In this document: positions 37,223 to 45,262 of the stretch, piece by piece
Numbering within the stretch: position 1 is the first letter of the stretch
How the letters are laid out: each line of letters starts with the position of its first letter
Source: Fimbriimonadaceae bacterium
GTDB taxonomy: Bacteria; Armatimonadota; Fimbriimonadia; Fimbriimonadales; Fimbriimonadaceae
NCBI GenBank assembly: GCA_019638795.1
Contig: JAHBTB010000003.1
Coordinates: 48,295 to 112,294, forward strand
DNA length: 64,000 bases
Direction of reading: 5' to 3'
Translations under genes and position numbers: made by a program
Notes under the pieces: model-generated
The model's input: the letters and a program-made list of their open reading frames with translations, nothing else
What the model was told of the DNA's origin: nothing
The model's database searches: none

Positions 37223-37906
37223 ATGAGCGACGCCAAGCCAAAACTCTACGCCGACGGGCACCCTCCGATGTGGCCGGGCCAGGCCGATGTGAGTGAGTTC
37301 ACCCTAGACCAAGTGCGGGCCATTGCTTCCAGCAGTCGGTCGATGGTGTTCTGGACGTTTAGCTCCCGGACACCTCTCTCGGTGGCCGAGGTCGGCAAGA
37401 TCATCGGCAAGTCGGCCCAATCGGTGCGCTATCACACCAACGAGCTCCTGAAGGTCGGCCTCCTCCTGGTCGCCGACACCCGACGGCGCCACGCCCGCAC
37501 CGAGGAAGCCTATGTCCGGTCGTCGGTCAAACTCGTCACGAAGGGCCCACCGGTCAGCCCCGACTACGACTTCGAGCGGCGACGGGGGTTCCAGGCCCTG
37601 TGGCGGCGGTTTGACCGCGACCGCACCGCGGCCTTCCAGCTGGAAGACTTCGACATCAGTCTGCAGGTCCCCCATCACTTCTGGATGGAGACGGCCCGCC
37701 TGTCGCCCGAGGACCTCCGCCGGTTCCGCGCCGAAGCCACGGCCCTGGTGGAAAAGTATGTCGCCCTCGACCGTGAAGACGGCATCCGGGCGTCGCTGGT
37801 GACCCTCTCGGTCCCTGCGTTCAACGAATCGGCCCAGAGGTTCAAGGCCGCGACGGGCAGGAAGCTCGTTCTCCGGCGGCTCAAGGACGAGGATGACGAA
37901 GACTAG
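37223..37906 (+). CDS. Winged-helix (ArsR-like HTH) DNA-binding protein with long C-terminal extension and acidic tail
   Basis: Residues about 35-100 (SRSMVFWTFSSRTPLSVAEVGKIIGKSAQSVRYHTNELLKVGLLLV) look like an ArsR/wHTH recognition unit. About 120 further residues have no recognised family. Ends KDEDDED. Confidence 0.6.
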   Translation: MSDAKPKLYADGHPPMWPGQADVSEFTLDQVRAIASSSRSMVFWTFSSRTPLSVAEVGKIIGKSAQSVRYHTNELLKVGLLLVADTRRRHARTEEAYVRSSVKLVTKGPPVSPDYDFERRRGFQALWRRFDRDRTAAFQLEDFDISLQVPHHFWMETARLSPEDLRRFRAEATALVEKYVALDREDGIRASLVTLSVPAFNESAQRFKAATGRKLVLRRLKDEDDED

Positions 37907-38355
37907 GGGCTGTCCACCACCATAGTCACGGGGCCGTCGTTGAGAAGCTCAAGCCTCATGTCACCGCCAAAGACACCGGTGGCGGCCGGCCAACCCAGCC
38001 GGTCAAGTTCGGCCAGAAAGTCCTCGTAGAGCCTCTCACCGTCGGCATAGGCGGCAGCGCCCCCAAAGCTGGGCCGCCGCGACGCCCAGGCGTCGCCGTA
38101 CAGAGTGAAGTTGCTGACCACGAGCAGCCGAGGCCCATCGACCCGGGGGAGGTCGGCAAGGGAAAGGTTCATCTTCCCTGCTTCGTCGCTAAAGATGCGC
38201 ATGCCGACGATCCGGTCGGCCAACTTCTTGGCCTGCTGCCCGGTCGATGCCCTCCCTGCCGCGACCAAGACCGCCAGACCGGGCCCGATCTCGCCGGTCA
38301 CCTGGCCGTCCACCGTCACCCGGGCCCATGCGACCCGCTGGACCACCGCCCTCAC
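37903..38355 (-). CDS. dtd: D-aminoacyl-tRNA deacylase
   Basis: VRAVVQRVAWARVTVDG ... SNFTLYGD ... FGGDM, typical Dtd, 150 aa. GTG at 38355 overlaps the rel stop (GTGA). The track's extension to 38757 was rejected. Confidence 0.9.
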   Translation of the reverse strand: MRAVVQRVAWARVTVDGQVTGEIGPGLAVLVAAGRASTGQQAKKLADRIVGMRIFSDEAGKMNLSLADLPRVDGPRLLVVSNFTLYGDAWASRRPSFGGAAAYADGERLYEDFLAELDRLGWPAATGVFGGDMRLELLNDGPVTMVVDSP

Positions 38356-40562
38356 TTGCCGCCCCGCCCCATCACGCGCAGGATCGAGATGACGTCGCTG
38401 TAGGTGCTGATCTTGGCCATCAGGTCGCGCAGGTGCTGGGTGTCGCGCACGTCGATGGTCACGTCGATCTCGGCGGTGTGGTTGGGCAGGGTCTGGATCC
38501 GCGCCGCGCTGACGTTGGTCTTGCTTTCGCCAAAGATCGTGGAGATGTCCATGAGCAGGCCCTGGCGGTCGCCGCACACGATCTTGATGTTGATCGGGTA
38601 CAGGCTGCCGTCCGAGGGCCAGCGGATCGGGATCACGCGGTCCGCTTCGGCTTCCTCCAGCCGGCTGACGTTGGGGCACAGCTTGCGGTGGATGACGATG
38701 CCCCGGCCCCGCGTGACATAGCCCACGACCTCCTCGCCCGGCACCGGTTGGCAACACTTGGCGCGTTTGAGGTCGATGTTGTCGACCCCCGCCGTGATGA
38801 CCGTCGGCTCGATCGACCGCGCCCGGGTCTTGAAGACAGGGTGCTCTTGCTGGGGCAGGGTCGATTTGAGGCGGTCGACGACGGCCTGGACACTGGTCAA
38901 CCCCTCGCCGACGCGGGCAAAGACGTCCGACGCGTTCTCGCAGTTGGCGACGTGTTTGACGACGTCGGCCATCTTGTCCTCGCCAAGGTAGATGCGAGGG
39001 TCCATCCCCTGGCTGCGCAGCTCCTTCTCCAGGGCCTCTCGCCCTCGGTTGGCACTGACGTCCTTGTTCTTCTTGCGGAAGTGGGCGCGGAGCTTGGTGC
39101 GGGTGTGGGGGCTCTTCGCATACTCCAGCCAGTCCAAGCTTGGCTTGGCGTCCTTTCTCGTGACGAGCTCGACCACGTCACCGTTGTTGATCTCGGTGCC
39201 GAGCGAAACCATCGTGCCGTTGATCTTCGCGCCGATCAGGGTCAGGCCGAGGCTGGAGTGGACGCGGAAGGCGAAGTCGATCGGCGTCGAGCCGCGGGGC
39301 AAGTCGAGGACGTCGCCTTTCGGCGTGAAGGCGAACACCTGCTCGCTGAAGAGGTCGGTGCTGACGCTGCGAAGAAAGTCGGATGACGTCCGGTTGTCGC
39401 TTGACCAGTCGAAAAGCTGACGCCTCAGGACGCCGAACTTGTCATGGGCGGCGTCAGCCTTGCCTTCCTTGTAGCTCCAATGCGCGGCGACCCCGTACTC
39501 GGCGATCTCGTGCATGTGCTTCGTGCGGATCTGCACTTCCAGGGGGCCCTGGCCCGGCCCCAACACCTTGGTGTGCAACGATTGGTAGCCGTTCGGTTTG
39601 GGGCTGGCGATGTAGTCATAGAAGAGCCCTGGCATGGGCAACCAGAGCTCGTGGACCACACCAAGGGCCAGATAACACTGGTACGTCTCGTCGACGATGA
39701 TCCTCATCGCGATGATGTCGTAGATCTCTTCGAACGGCACCCCGTGCAGGTAGACCTTGTTGTAGATGCTGAAGAGGTGCTTGGGCCGCCCGCTGATCTT
39801 GGCGGTCGTCAGCCCGCGCTCGTCCAGACGCTTGCGGAGCACCTCGGTCGCTTCGTTGAGTTGCTCCTCCCGCTCTGCCCTCGTGTTCGCGACCAGTTCG
39901 CTGATCTTGCGGTATTCGTCGGGGTGCAGGGTCTTGAACGCCAAGTCCTCCAGTTGCCATTTCACCTGCCAGATTCCGAGGCGGGCGGCGAGGGGCGCGT
40001 AGATGTCCAGGGTCTCGTTGGCGATCCTCGTCTGCTTTGCCGCGGGCAGGGCCCCCAAGGTGCGCATGTTGTGCAGCCGGTCGGCCAGTTTGATGACCAT
40101 GACCCGGAAGTCGTTGGCCATCGCCAACAGCATCTTGCGCAGGGTCTCGGCGGCCCGTGCCGTCTCCGCCGCGCGGCGTTGACGGGCGTCGGCTTCGGGT
40201 TGGATGTTCAGCTGAAGCTTGGTGACCCCCTCGACCAGTTGCAGGACGGTCGGGCCGAACTGGGCGGTGATCGTTTCCGGAGTCAGGTCCGTGTCCTCCA
40301 ACACGTCATGGAGGATGGCGGCGGCGACCGACTCGACGTCCATCCCCAGGTCGGCGACGATCTCGGCGACCTCGATTGGGTGAAGGACGTAGGCCTCTCC
40401 GCTCTTGCGGGTCTGCCCTTCATGGGCCTTGGCCGCGGTTTCGACGGCGCGAATGACCAAGTCGAGGTCGGCGTCGAGGTAGTGGTGCCGAATCTTCGCC
40501 GACAAGCGGACCAGCCCGTCTTGGACGGGGTCGTTGCTGGAGCTTGGGGCAGGCGTGGCCAT
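38352..40562 (-). CDS. rel: Bifunctional (p)ppGpp synthetase/hydrolase (RelA/SpoT homologue)
   Basis: HD hydrolase domain (RKSGEAYVLHPIEVAEIV), synthetase domain (HRMREAT-like region, ASPKPNGYQSLHT), TGS (FTPKGDVLDLPRGSTPIDFAF) and a C-terminal ACT-like domain. Confidence 0.95.
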   Translation of the reverse strand: MATPAPSSSNDPVQDGLVRLSAKIRHHYLDADLDLVIRAVETAAKAHEGQTRKSGEAYVLHPIEVAEIVADLGMDVESVAAAILHDVLEDTDLTPETITAQFGPTVLQLVEGVTKLQLNIQPEADARQRRAAETARAAETLRKMLLAMANDFRVMVIKLADRLHNMRTLGALPAAKQTRIANETLDIYAPLAARLGIWQVKWQLEDLAFKTLHPDEYRKISELVANTRAEREEQLNEATEVLRKRLDERGLTTAKISGRPKHLFSIYNKVYLHGVPFEEIYDIIAMRIIVDETYQCYLALGVVHELWLPMPGLFYDYIASPKPNGYQSLHTKVLGPGQGPLEVQIRTKHMHEIAEYGVAAHWSYKEGKADAAHDKFGVLRRQLFDWSSDNRTSSDFLRSVSTDLFSEQVFAFTPKGDVLDLPRGSTPIDFAFRVHSSLGLTLIGAKINGTMVSLGTEINNGDVVELVTRKDAKPSLDWLEYAKSPHTRTKLRAHFRKKNKDVSANRGREALEKELRSQGMDPRIYLGEDKMADVVKHVANCENASDVFARVGEGLTSVQAVVDRLKSTLPQQEHPVFKTRARSIEPTVITAGVDNIDLKRAKCCQPVPGEEVVGYVTRGRGIVIHRKLCPNVSRLEEAEADRVIPIRWPSDGSLYPINIKIVCGDRQGLLMDISTIFGESKTNVSAARIQTLPNHTAEIDVTIDVRDTQHLRDLMAKISTYSDVISILRVMGRGGK

Positions 40563-40601
40563 CAGTGACCTCTGGCCTTCGCCGTTGAAGGGTTGACCTT
40601 G

Positions 40602-40607
40602 ATTATA
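40602..40607 (-). promoter_or_regulatory. Candidate -10 box (TATAAT) upstream of rel
   Basis: The minus strand reads TATAAT at 40607-40602, 40 nt upstream of the rel ATG. I found no convincing -35, and the promoter consensus of this lineage is unknown to me. Confidence 0.2.
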
Positions 40608-40616
40608 GTCGTTCTG

Positions 40617-41342
40617 TCACGACAGGCCCCGCAGGGCTTGCCGTACCGCCTCCGCTTGTTCGGGGGTGTCGACCCCTGTGGCCGCGGCGGTGCCCAGGCT
40701 CATCTTGATCTTGACCCCATGCTCCAGAAACCTCAGCTGCTCCAGCGACTCGGCCGATTCCAGCGGGGTGGGCGACCAAGTCGCAAACGCCAAGACGGCC
40801 TCCCGCCGGTACGCGTAGAGTCCGACATGCTTGTAGAGCGGAGCCTTCCTGTCGTTGCGCGGGTATGGCACGGCGTGCCGGCTGAAGTAGAGTGCGTAGC
40901 CGCCAAGGTCGGTGACGACCTTCACGACGGCAGGGTTGTCCGCCTCGCCTTCGGGGCATTCGGCCATGACCGAGCCCATCATGACGGCCGGATCTTCGAG
41001 CAGGGGGCGCGCGCAAAGCCGGATGTTCTCGGGCTCGACCATCGGCTCGTCACCCTGGACGTTGACGTAAATCTCCGCTGAGAGCGAGTCGGCGACCTCG
41101 GCGAGGCGGTCAGTGCCGCTCGGATGGTCGTCCCTCGTCTTCACCGCGTCCCCGCCGAACCGCCGGACGGCGGAGACGATCTCGTCGTCGGGGGTCGCGA
41201 CCACCACGTGGTCACCCACACCGCTCGCCCGGGCCTTTTCCCAAACCCACTGCACCATCGGCTTCCCCCCCAAGTCGACGAGCGGCTTGCCCGGAAACCG
41301 CGTGCTGGCCATGCGGGCGGGGATCACGACGAGGCAACGCAT
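40617..41342 (-). CDS. kdsB: 3-deoxy-manno-octulosonate cytidylyltransferase (CMP-Kdo synthetase)
   Basis: MRCLVVIPARMASTRFPGKPL ... VNVQGDEP ... typical KdsB, 241 aa. Confidence 0.92.
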   Translation of the reverse strand: MRCLVVIPARMASTRFPGKPLVDLGGKPMVQWVWEKARASGVGDHVVVATPDDEIVSAVRRFGGDAVKTRDDHPSGTDRLAEVADSLSAEIYVNVQGDEPMVEPENIRLCARPLLEDPAVMMGSVMAECPEGEADNPAVVKVVTDLGGYALYFSRHAVPYPRNDRKAPLYKHVGLYAYRREAVLAFATWSPTPLESAESLEQLRFLEHGVKIKMSLGTAAATGVDTPEQAEAVRQALRGLS

Positions 41343-41374
41343 TTTGGTCGAAGGTACCCGGCCTGGGCCAGGCC

Positions 41375-41412
41375 AAAAATGAAACGGCCCGACCCCTTGC
41401 AGGAGGTCGGGC
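41375..41412 (-). terminator. Intrinsic-terminator-like hairpin + U-tract on the minus strand
   Basis: GCCCGACC (41387-41394) pairs with GGTCGGGC (41405-41412) around a 10-nt loop. On the minus strand it is followed by CGTTTCATTTTT (41386-41375). It lies 186 nt downstream of the lipoprotein stop and 33 nt upstream of the kdsB ATG. Confidence 0.5.
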
Positions 41413-41597
41413 TTGGGTTGGTTTTCACCAAGGAGACGGGTTCATCACAAATCCGTCTCGAAAGATCGGGTCGCTAAAACCCGCCTTCTCCTTGGTGGTT
41501 CCGTTTTCTACTGTCCATGAAAGGGCACCACCTCCTGCGTGTGCGATAGTCGCCGGATATCTCCGGCGCCACCCTTCTTGACGCTGGGAACGCGCGA
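41375..41597 (-). ncRNA. Candidate structured RNA (sRNA, long structured 3' UTR, or kdsB leader); identity unknown
   Basis: The 255-nt spacer is unusually long for this window. It holds nested and mutually exclusive helices: 41426-41440/41480-41497 (11+4 bp) competes with 41433-41439/41453-41459; a closing helix joins 41381-41387/41501-41507; a further hairpin is 41551-41557/41562-41568. Strand was inferred only from the terminator-like 3' end. Confidence 0.3.
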
Positions 41598-42308
41598 TTA
41601 GTTTCCTGACGTCGTCCCGCGCGTGGTGAAGAGCCGGTCCGAAGCGGCTTGGTCGTCCTTCGCCGACTCCGGGTCCATGCGGAAAAAGGTCATCAAGTCG
41701 CGGTTACCCAGGGCGACGGAAAAGGACAAGACTCCCAACTCGTTGACGGTCGAGCACAACATCAAACGGGCCTCGCCGGTCGACCAAAAATCGTAGTGGA
41801 CGTGGGTGCCTTCGACGCTGACGGGCTGCCCGTTCAGCTTGATATAGGCGGCACGCAGGTCGTCCAGCGCCTGCTGGTCAGCGTGCTCGTAGGTGTCGAG
41901 GGCTAAGACGACCTTGCCCTTGCGGGCCAAGACGCCGAACGCCCGGTTGGCCGTCTCCCAGCCGTAACACTGGTAGTTGTTCCCCAGGCCGCCGGGCACG
42001 CGGTTGACGCTGGCCGACCGCTCGGGCCGCTTGAACCCGCCCTCGTTCAGCGCCACGTCGATGTCGTCGCCGTAGCTGATCCGCCCACCCGCCGAGAAAA
42101 TGTAGAGGTCGCTCTTGGCCAAGGAGTCCGGCAGGGTCGGCGCGGTGTCTTGTGTCCGTGGCGCAGCCTTGGCTTGCGTGGCCGTCGGTGCCGCCGAGGC
42201 CGCCGGTGCGGGCCCCGTGGCGCAACCGGCCGACAACAGGGCCAGGCTAAGCGACAGTGACCACGCGGTAGCGCTGCTTGCCAGCGGGAGCTTGGACTTC
42301 GATCTCAT
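41598..42308 (-). CDS. Lipoprotein, unknown function
   Basis: MRSKSKLPLASSATAWSLSLSLALLSAGC is a canonical lipoprotein signal with a lipobox. ATG start. G/C-rich third positions. The first 62 nt overlap the greA 3' end out of frame. Confidence 0.7.
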   Translation of the reverse strand: MRSKSKLPLASSATAWSLSLSLALLSAGCATGPAPAASAAPTATQAKAAPRTQDTAPTLPDSLAKSDLYIFSAGGRISYGDDIDVALNEGGFKRPERSASVNRVPGGLGNNYQCYGWETANRAFGVLARKGKVVLALDTYEHADQQALDDLRAAYIKLNGQPVSVEGTHVHYDFWSTGEARLMLCSTVNELGVLSFSVALGNRDLMTFFRMDPESAKDDQAASDRLFTTRGTTSGN

Positions 42309-42717
42309 CCCCTGCCACTTTGTCGATCAAGGCCGCCCCCAGCGGACTGTCGACCGATATCTTGTCGTTGGCCGGGTCGGCCTCAAAGGCCCCGACCAAG
42401 TCGATGGTGAGCGTGCCGCCCCATTCCAAGTCCTCCAGCGTGACTTGGCTCCCCAGATGCGCCTTGCCGGCGTCGGCCGCCGACCTTGTGACGACTTTGG
42501 CCATCTGGAGGGTGTGCTCCAGTTCGGCGATACGCGACTCCAGACGGGTCTGGTTCAGCTTCGCCTCGTGGTACATCGCGTTCTCTTTCAGGTCACCATG
42601 GCTCTTCGCCTCGCGGATGTTGTCCGCGACGCGTTGCCGCTCGGAGCTTTTCAGCTCCTCAAGCTCCTTTTTCAGGCGGTCGTAACCTTCCTGCGACAGC
42701 AAGACCTCATGTGACAT
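42247..42717 (-). CDS. greA: Transcription elongation factor GreA
   Basis: N-terminal coiled coil with HGDLKENAMYHEAK (GDLSENAEY-type motif) and a C-terminal FKBP-like domain, 156 aa. Confidence 0.93.
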   Translation of the reverse strand: MSHEVLLSQEGYDRLKKELEELKSSERQRVADNIREAKSHGDLKENAMYHEAKLNQTRLESRIAELEHTLQMAKVVTRSAADAGKAHLGSQVTLEDLEWGGTLTIDLVGAFEADPANDKISVDSPLGAALIDKVAGDEIEVQAPAGKQRYRVVTVA

Positions 42718-42735
42718 GGGGTTTCGGAGTATATC

Positions 42736-43677
42736 ATGGGCCGCCCCATGGCCGTAGACACCCCGCCTGGTCGACCCCGCGTCTCGGTGGTCGTGGTGAG
42801 CTACAACACGTCCGGCTTGCTCAAAGAGTGCCTAGCCGCCCTCACCGCCCCCGGCTCGGGAGCGGACGAGGTCGTGGTGGTCGACAACGCCAGCCAGGAC
42901 GGCTCACCGGACATGGTGGCGTCCCATTTCCCTTCCGTTGTCCTTGTCCGCAATCCCCGCAATGTCGGGTTCGGTGCGGCCAACAACCAAGGCTTGGACG
43001 TCATGTCCGGCGAGGTCGCCTTGCTCCTGAACAGCGACGCCCGGCCGGCTCCTGGTGCGGTCGCCCGACTGGCCGACGTCGTCGCCCGGCCTGGCTGTGT
43101 CGCCTGCGGTGGCGCGCTGCGGTTCCCTGACGGGCGGCCCCAGGCCTCTGCTTGCTCCCGGTTGACTCTCTGGCGGGTCTTTTGCGAGCAGACCGCCCTC
43201 GAAAAGCTTCTCCGCGGGTCCAGGCTTTTCAACGGCTACTGGCTCAACCCGTGGCTTCCTGACAAGGACCCGTCTCCGGTCGAACAGGTCATGGGGGCGT
43301 GCCTCATGATGCGGCCCGTCGAGCGGTTTGACGAGCGGTTCTTCCTCTACTGCGAAGACACCGAACTCTGCCTTCGGCTCCGCCGACACGGCGAGGTCTT
43401 GTTCGTCCCTGACGCCGCGTTCGTCCATGAACTGGGGGCCAGCAGCGCGGCGGCGCGGTGGACGTCCGTTGCCCGGTACAACGCGGGCAAAGAACTGTAC
43501 TTTGCCATCCACCACGGCGTGGTGGCTTCGGCGACTTGTTGGGCGATCGACCGCCTCGGCGCCCTGGCCCGGCTGCTTGCCTACGCTCTGTGCCTCCGGC
43601 GAGACCAAGCCAGGTTATGGTGGCGCGTATTCACAGCCCCTCGTTTGGGGCCGCCACGTCCGCCTGATAGCGTGTGA
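42736..43677 (+). CDS. Glycosyltransferase family 2
   Basis: VSVVVVSYNTSGLLKECLAAL ... VVVVDNASQDGS ... FGAANNQG ... GACLMMR ... EDTELCLR, typical GT2 (rhamnosyltransferase-like). Confidence 0.88.
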   Translation: MGRPMAVDTPPGRPRVSVVVVSYNTSGLLKECLAALTAPGSGADEVVVVDNASQDGSPDMVASHFPSVVLVRNPRNVGFGAANNQGLDVMSGEVALLLNSDARPAPGAVARLADVVARPGCVACGGALRFPDGRPQASACSRLTLWRVFCEQTALEKLLRGSRLFNGYWLNPWLPDKDPSPVEQVMGACLMMRPVERFDERFFLYCEDTELCLRLRRHGEVLFVPDAAFVHELGASSAAARWTSVARYNAGKELYFAIHHGVVASATCWAIDRLGALARLLAYALCLRRDQARLWWRVFTAPRLGPPRPPDSV

Positions 43678-44380
43678 GCACGTCCTCCGGCTTACCGTCC
43701 ATTTCGACCAGCCCACCCTTCAGCCAGACACAGCGGTCCGCCACCTGAAGCACCGAAGCGGGGTTGTGGGAGACAAAGATGATGGTGCCGCCTGCGGACC
43801 GGAACTTGCTGAGGAAGTCGTAGCACTTTGTCTCGAACGTGAAGTCCCCGACGGCGAGGACTTCGTCGATGATGAGGACGTCGGCGTCCACGTGGATGGC
43901 GGTGGCAAAACCTAGCCGGGCCAACATGCCGCTGGAGTAGGTCCGCACCGGCGCGTCAATGTGCCTCTCCAGTTCGGCGAAATCGACGATCTGCTCTAGG
44001 CGCTGGTGGACCTGCTTGCGCGTCAGCCCCAATATCATGCCGTTGAAGAGCACGTTTTCTAAGCCGGTCAGGTCGGGATGGAAACCGGCTCCCAGTTCGA
44101 GCAAGGGGGCGAGGCGACCGTTGACGACCACCTGTCCGGTCGTCGGCTTATAGATGCGCGACACCAGCGACAGCAAGGTGCTCTTGCCCGCCCCGTTGCG
44201 TCCGACGAGGGCCAGGCTCTCGCCTCGCCGGACGTCGAAGCTCACCCCACGCAAGGCATGGAGCGTCTCCTTGTCCCGCCGCTTCCACCACAGCAGGAGG
44301 GTCTTGAGGGACGCGGCCCCAGAATGGGTCAGGACAAACTCCTTGTGGACGTCCTGGACGCTGACGAGGACCTCGCTCAT
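43631..44380 (-). CDS. ABC transporter ATP-binding protein, polysaccharide/teichoic-acid export type (Wzt/TagH-like)
   Basis: Walker A GRNGAGKST, signature YSSGMLARLGF, Walker B VLIIDE. ATG at 44380 overlaps the wzm-like stop (ATGA). The 3' end overlaps the convergent GT2 gene by 47 nt. Confidence 0.88.
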   Translation of the reverse strand: MSEVLVSVQDVHKEFVLTHSGAASLKTLLLWWKRRDKETLHALRGVSFDVRRGESLALVGRNGAGKSTLLSLVSRIYKPTTGQVVVNGRLAPLLELGAGFHPDLTGLENVLFNGMILGLTRKQVHQRLEQIVDFAELERHIDAPVRTYSSGMLARLGFATAIHVDADVLIIDEVLAVGDFTFETKCYDFLSKFRSAGGTIIFVSHNPASVLQVADRCVWLKGGLVEMDGKPEDVLTRYQADVAAPNEGL

Positions 44381-45252
44381 GGGCGCTCCACGAACTTCCA
44401 TTTCATGCGGTTAAAAAAGGCGTAGCCGCCGACCAACGCGATGAACGAAAGGGCTGTCGCGACGCCGAACATCACCCAGTCGACCCGCTGGAACGGCACC
44501 ATGATGGCATGCCCGTCACGGATCACTTGGACATCGCCGGGAGCGACCAAAGCTTTGCGATAAACCGTGCAAAGTGTCGCCACGGGGTTCAGCATATAAA
44601 GCTTGTACAGGACGTCGGACAAAGCGCCGTACTTGCGCGTCGCCTCGAACACCGTCTCGGCAAAGTACATGACTGGAGACAAAAAGAACGCCAGGTACAG
44701 CGTGATGGTGAGCATGTACTTGACATCTTCGTAGAAGACATTAAGGGCCGAGAAAACAAGCGACAGTCCGGTCGTCAAGGCAAAATGGATGACCAAGAGG
44801 ACGGGAAGGAAGACGACACGGTACGAAACGGTCGGGTCCTTGAACCCGAACACCGCCCAAACCCCGAAAGCGTAGACAAAGTAAACGACCAAGGCGATCA
44901 AGAAATGCACCGCGTTACTCGCTACCGACGCTAAGGGCAGTATCTCGCGGGGGAAATAGACCTTCTTGACCACTGGCAAGGCCGTGACGACAGACTGGGC
45001 CGAGTCCAAGATGGACATCTGAAAGAACATGTACGGCAGATAGGCGGCTAAAATGAACAAGCTAAAGCTCTTGGTGCCGTTCTGCATGACGTTCTTCAGC
45101 ACGAAGTGCATGACAAAGACCGTCACCAACGGGTTGAGAAGCGACCAAGCGATGCCGAGGACGCTGTTCTTGTAGCGGATGCGCAATTCGCGCTCCACCA
45201 TGGCGAGCAGGAGCTCCCTGAAGCGCCAGAGCTCCCTGAATTCCTCGCGCAT
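44377..45252 (-). CDS. ABC-2 type transporter permease (Wzm/TagG-like)
   Basis: MREEFRELWRFRELLLAMVERELRIRYKNSVLGIAWSLLNP, the typical ABC-2 N-terminus, plus 6 TM helices. ATG at 45252 is preferred over the track's TTG at 45285. Visibly AT-richer than its neighbours. Confidence 0.85.
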   Translation of the reverse strand: MREEFRELWRFRELLLAMVERELRIRYKNSVLGIAWSLLNPLVTVFVMHFVLKNVMQNGTKSFSLFILAAYLPYMFFQMSILDSAQSVVTALPVVKKVYFPREILPLASVASNAVHFLIALVVYFVYAFGVWAVFGFKDPTVSYRVVFLPVLLVIHFALTTGLSLVFSALNVFYEDVKYMLTITLYLAFFLSPVMYFAETVFEATRKYGALSDVLYKLYMLNPVATLCTVYRKALVAPGDVQVIRDGHAIMVPFQRVDWVMFGVATALSFIALVGGYAFFNRMKWKFVERP

Positions 45253-45262
45253 GGGCCGGATT

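Noticed and set aside
41360-41374. Palindrome GGCCTGG-g-CCAGGCC upstream of kdsB as a regulatory site.
   Set aside because: It is a short GC-rich palindrome of a kind common in high-GC DNA. There is no second copy or supporting context. It is mentioned only as part of the structured spacer.
41343-41597. Identification of the structured spacer as SRP RNA, 6S RNA, RNase P RNA, tmRNA or a named riboswitch.
   Set aside because: I could not find the hallmark conserved motifs of these RNAs on either strand. The region is kept only as an unnamed candidate.
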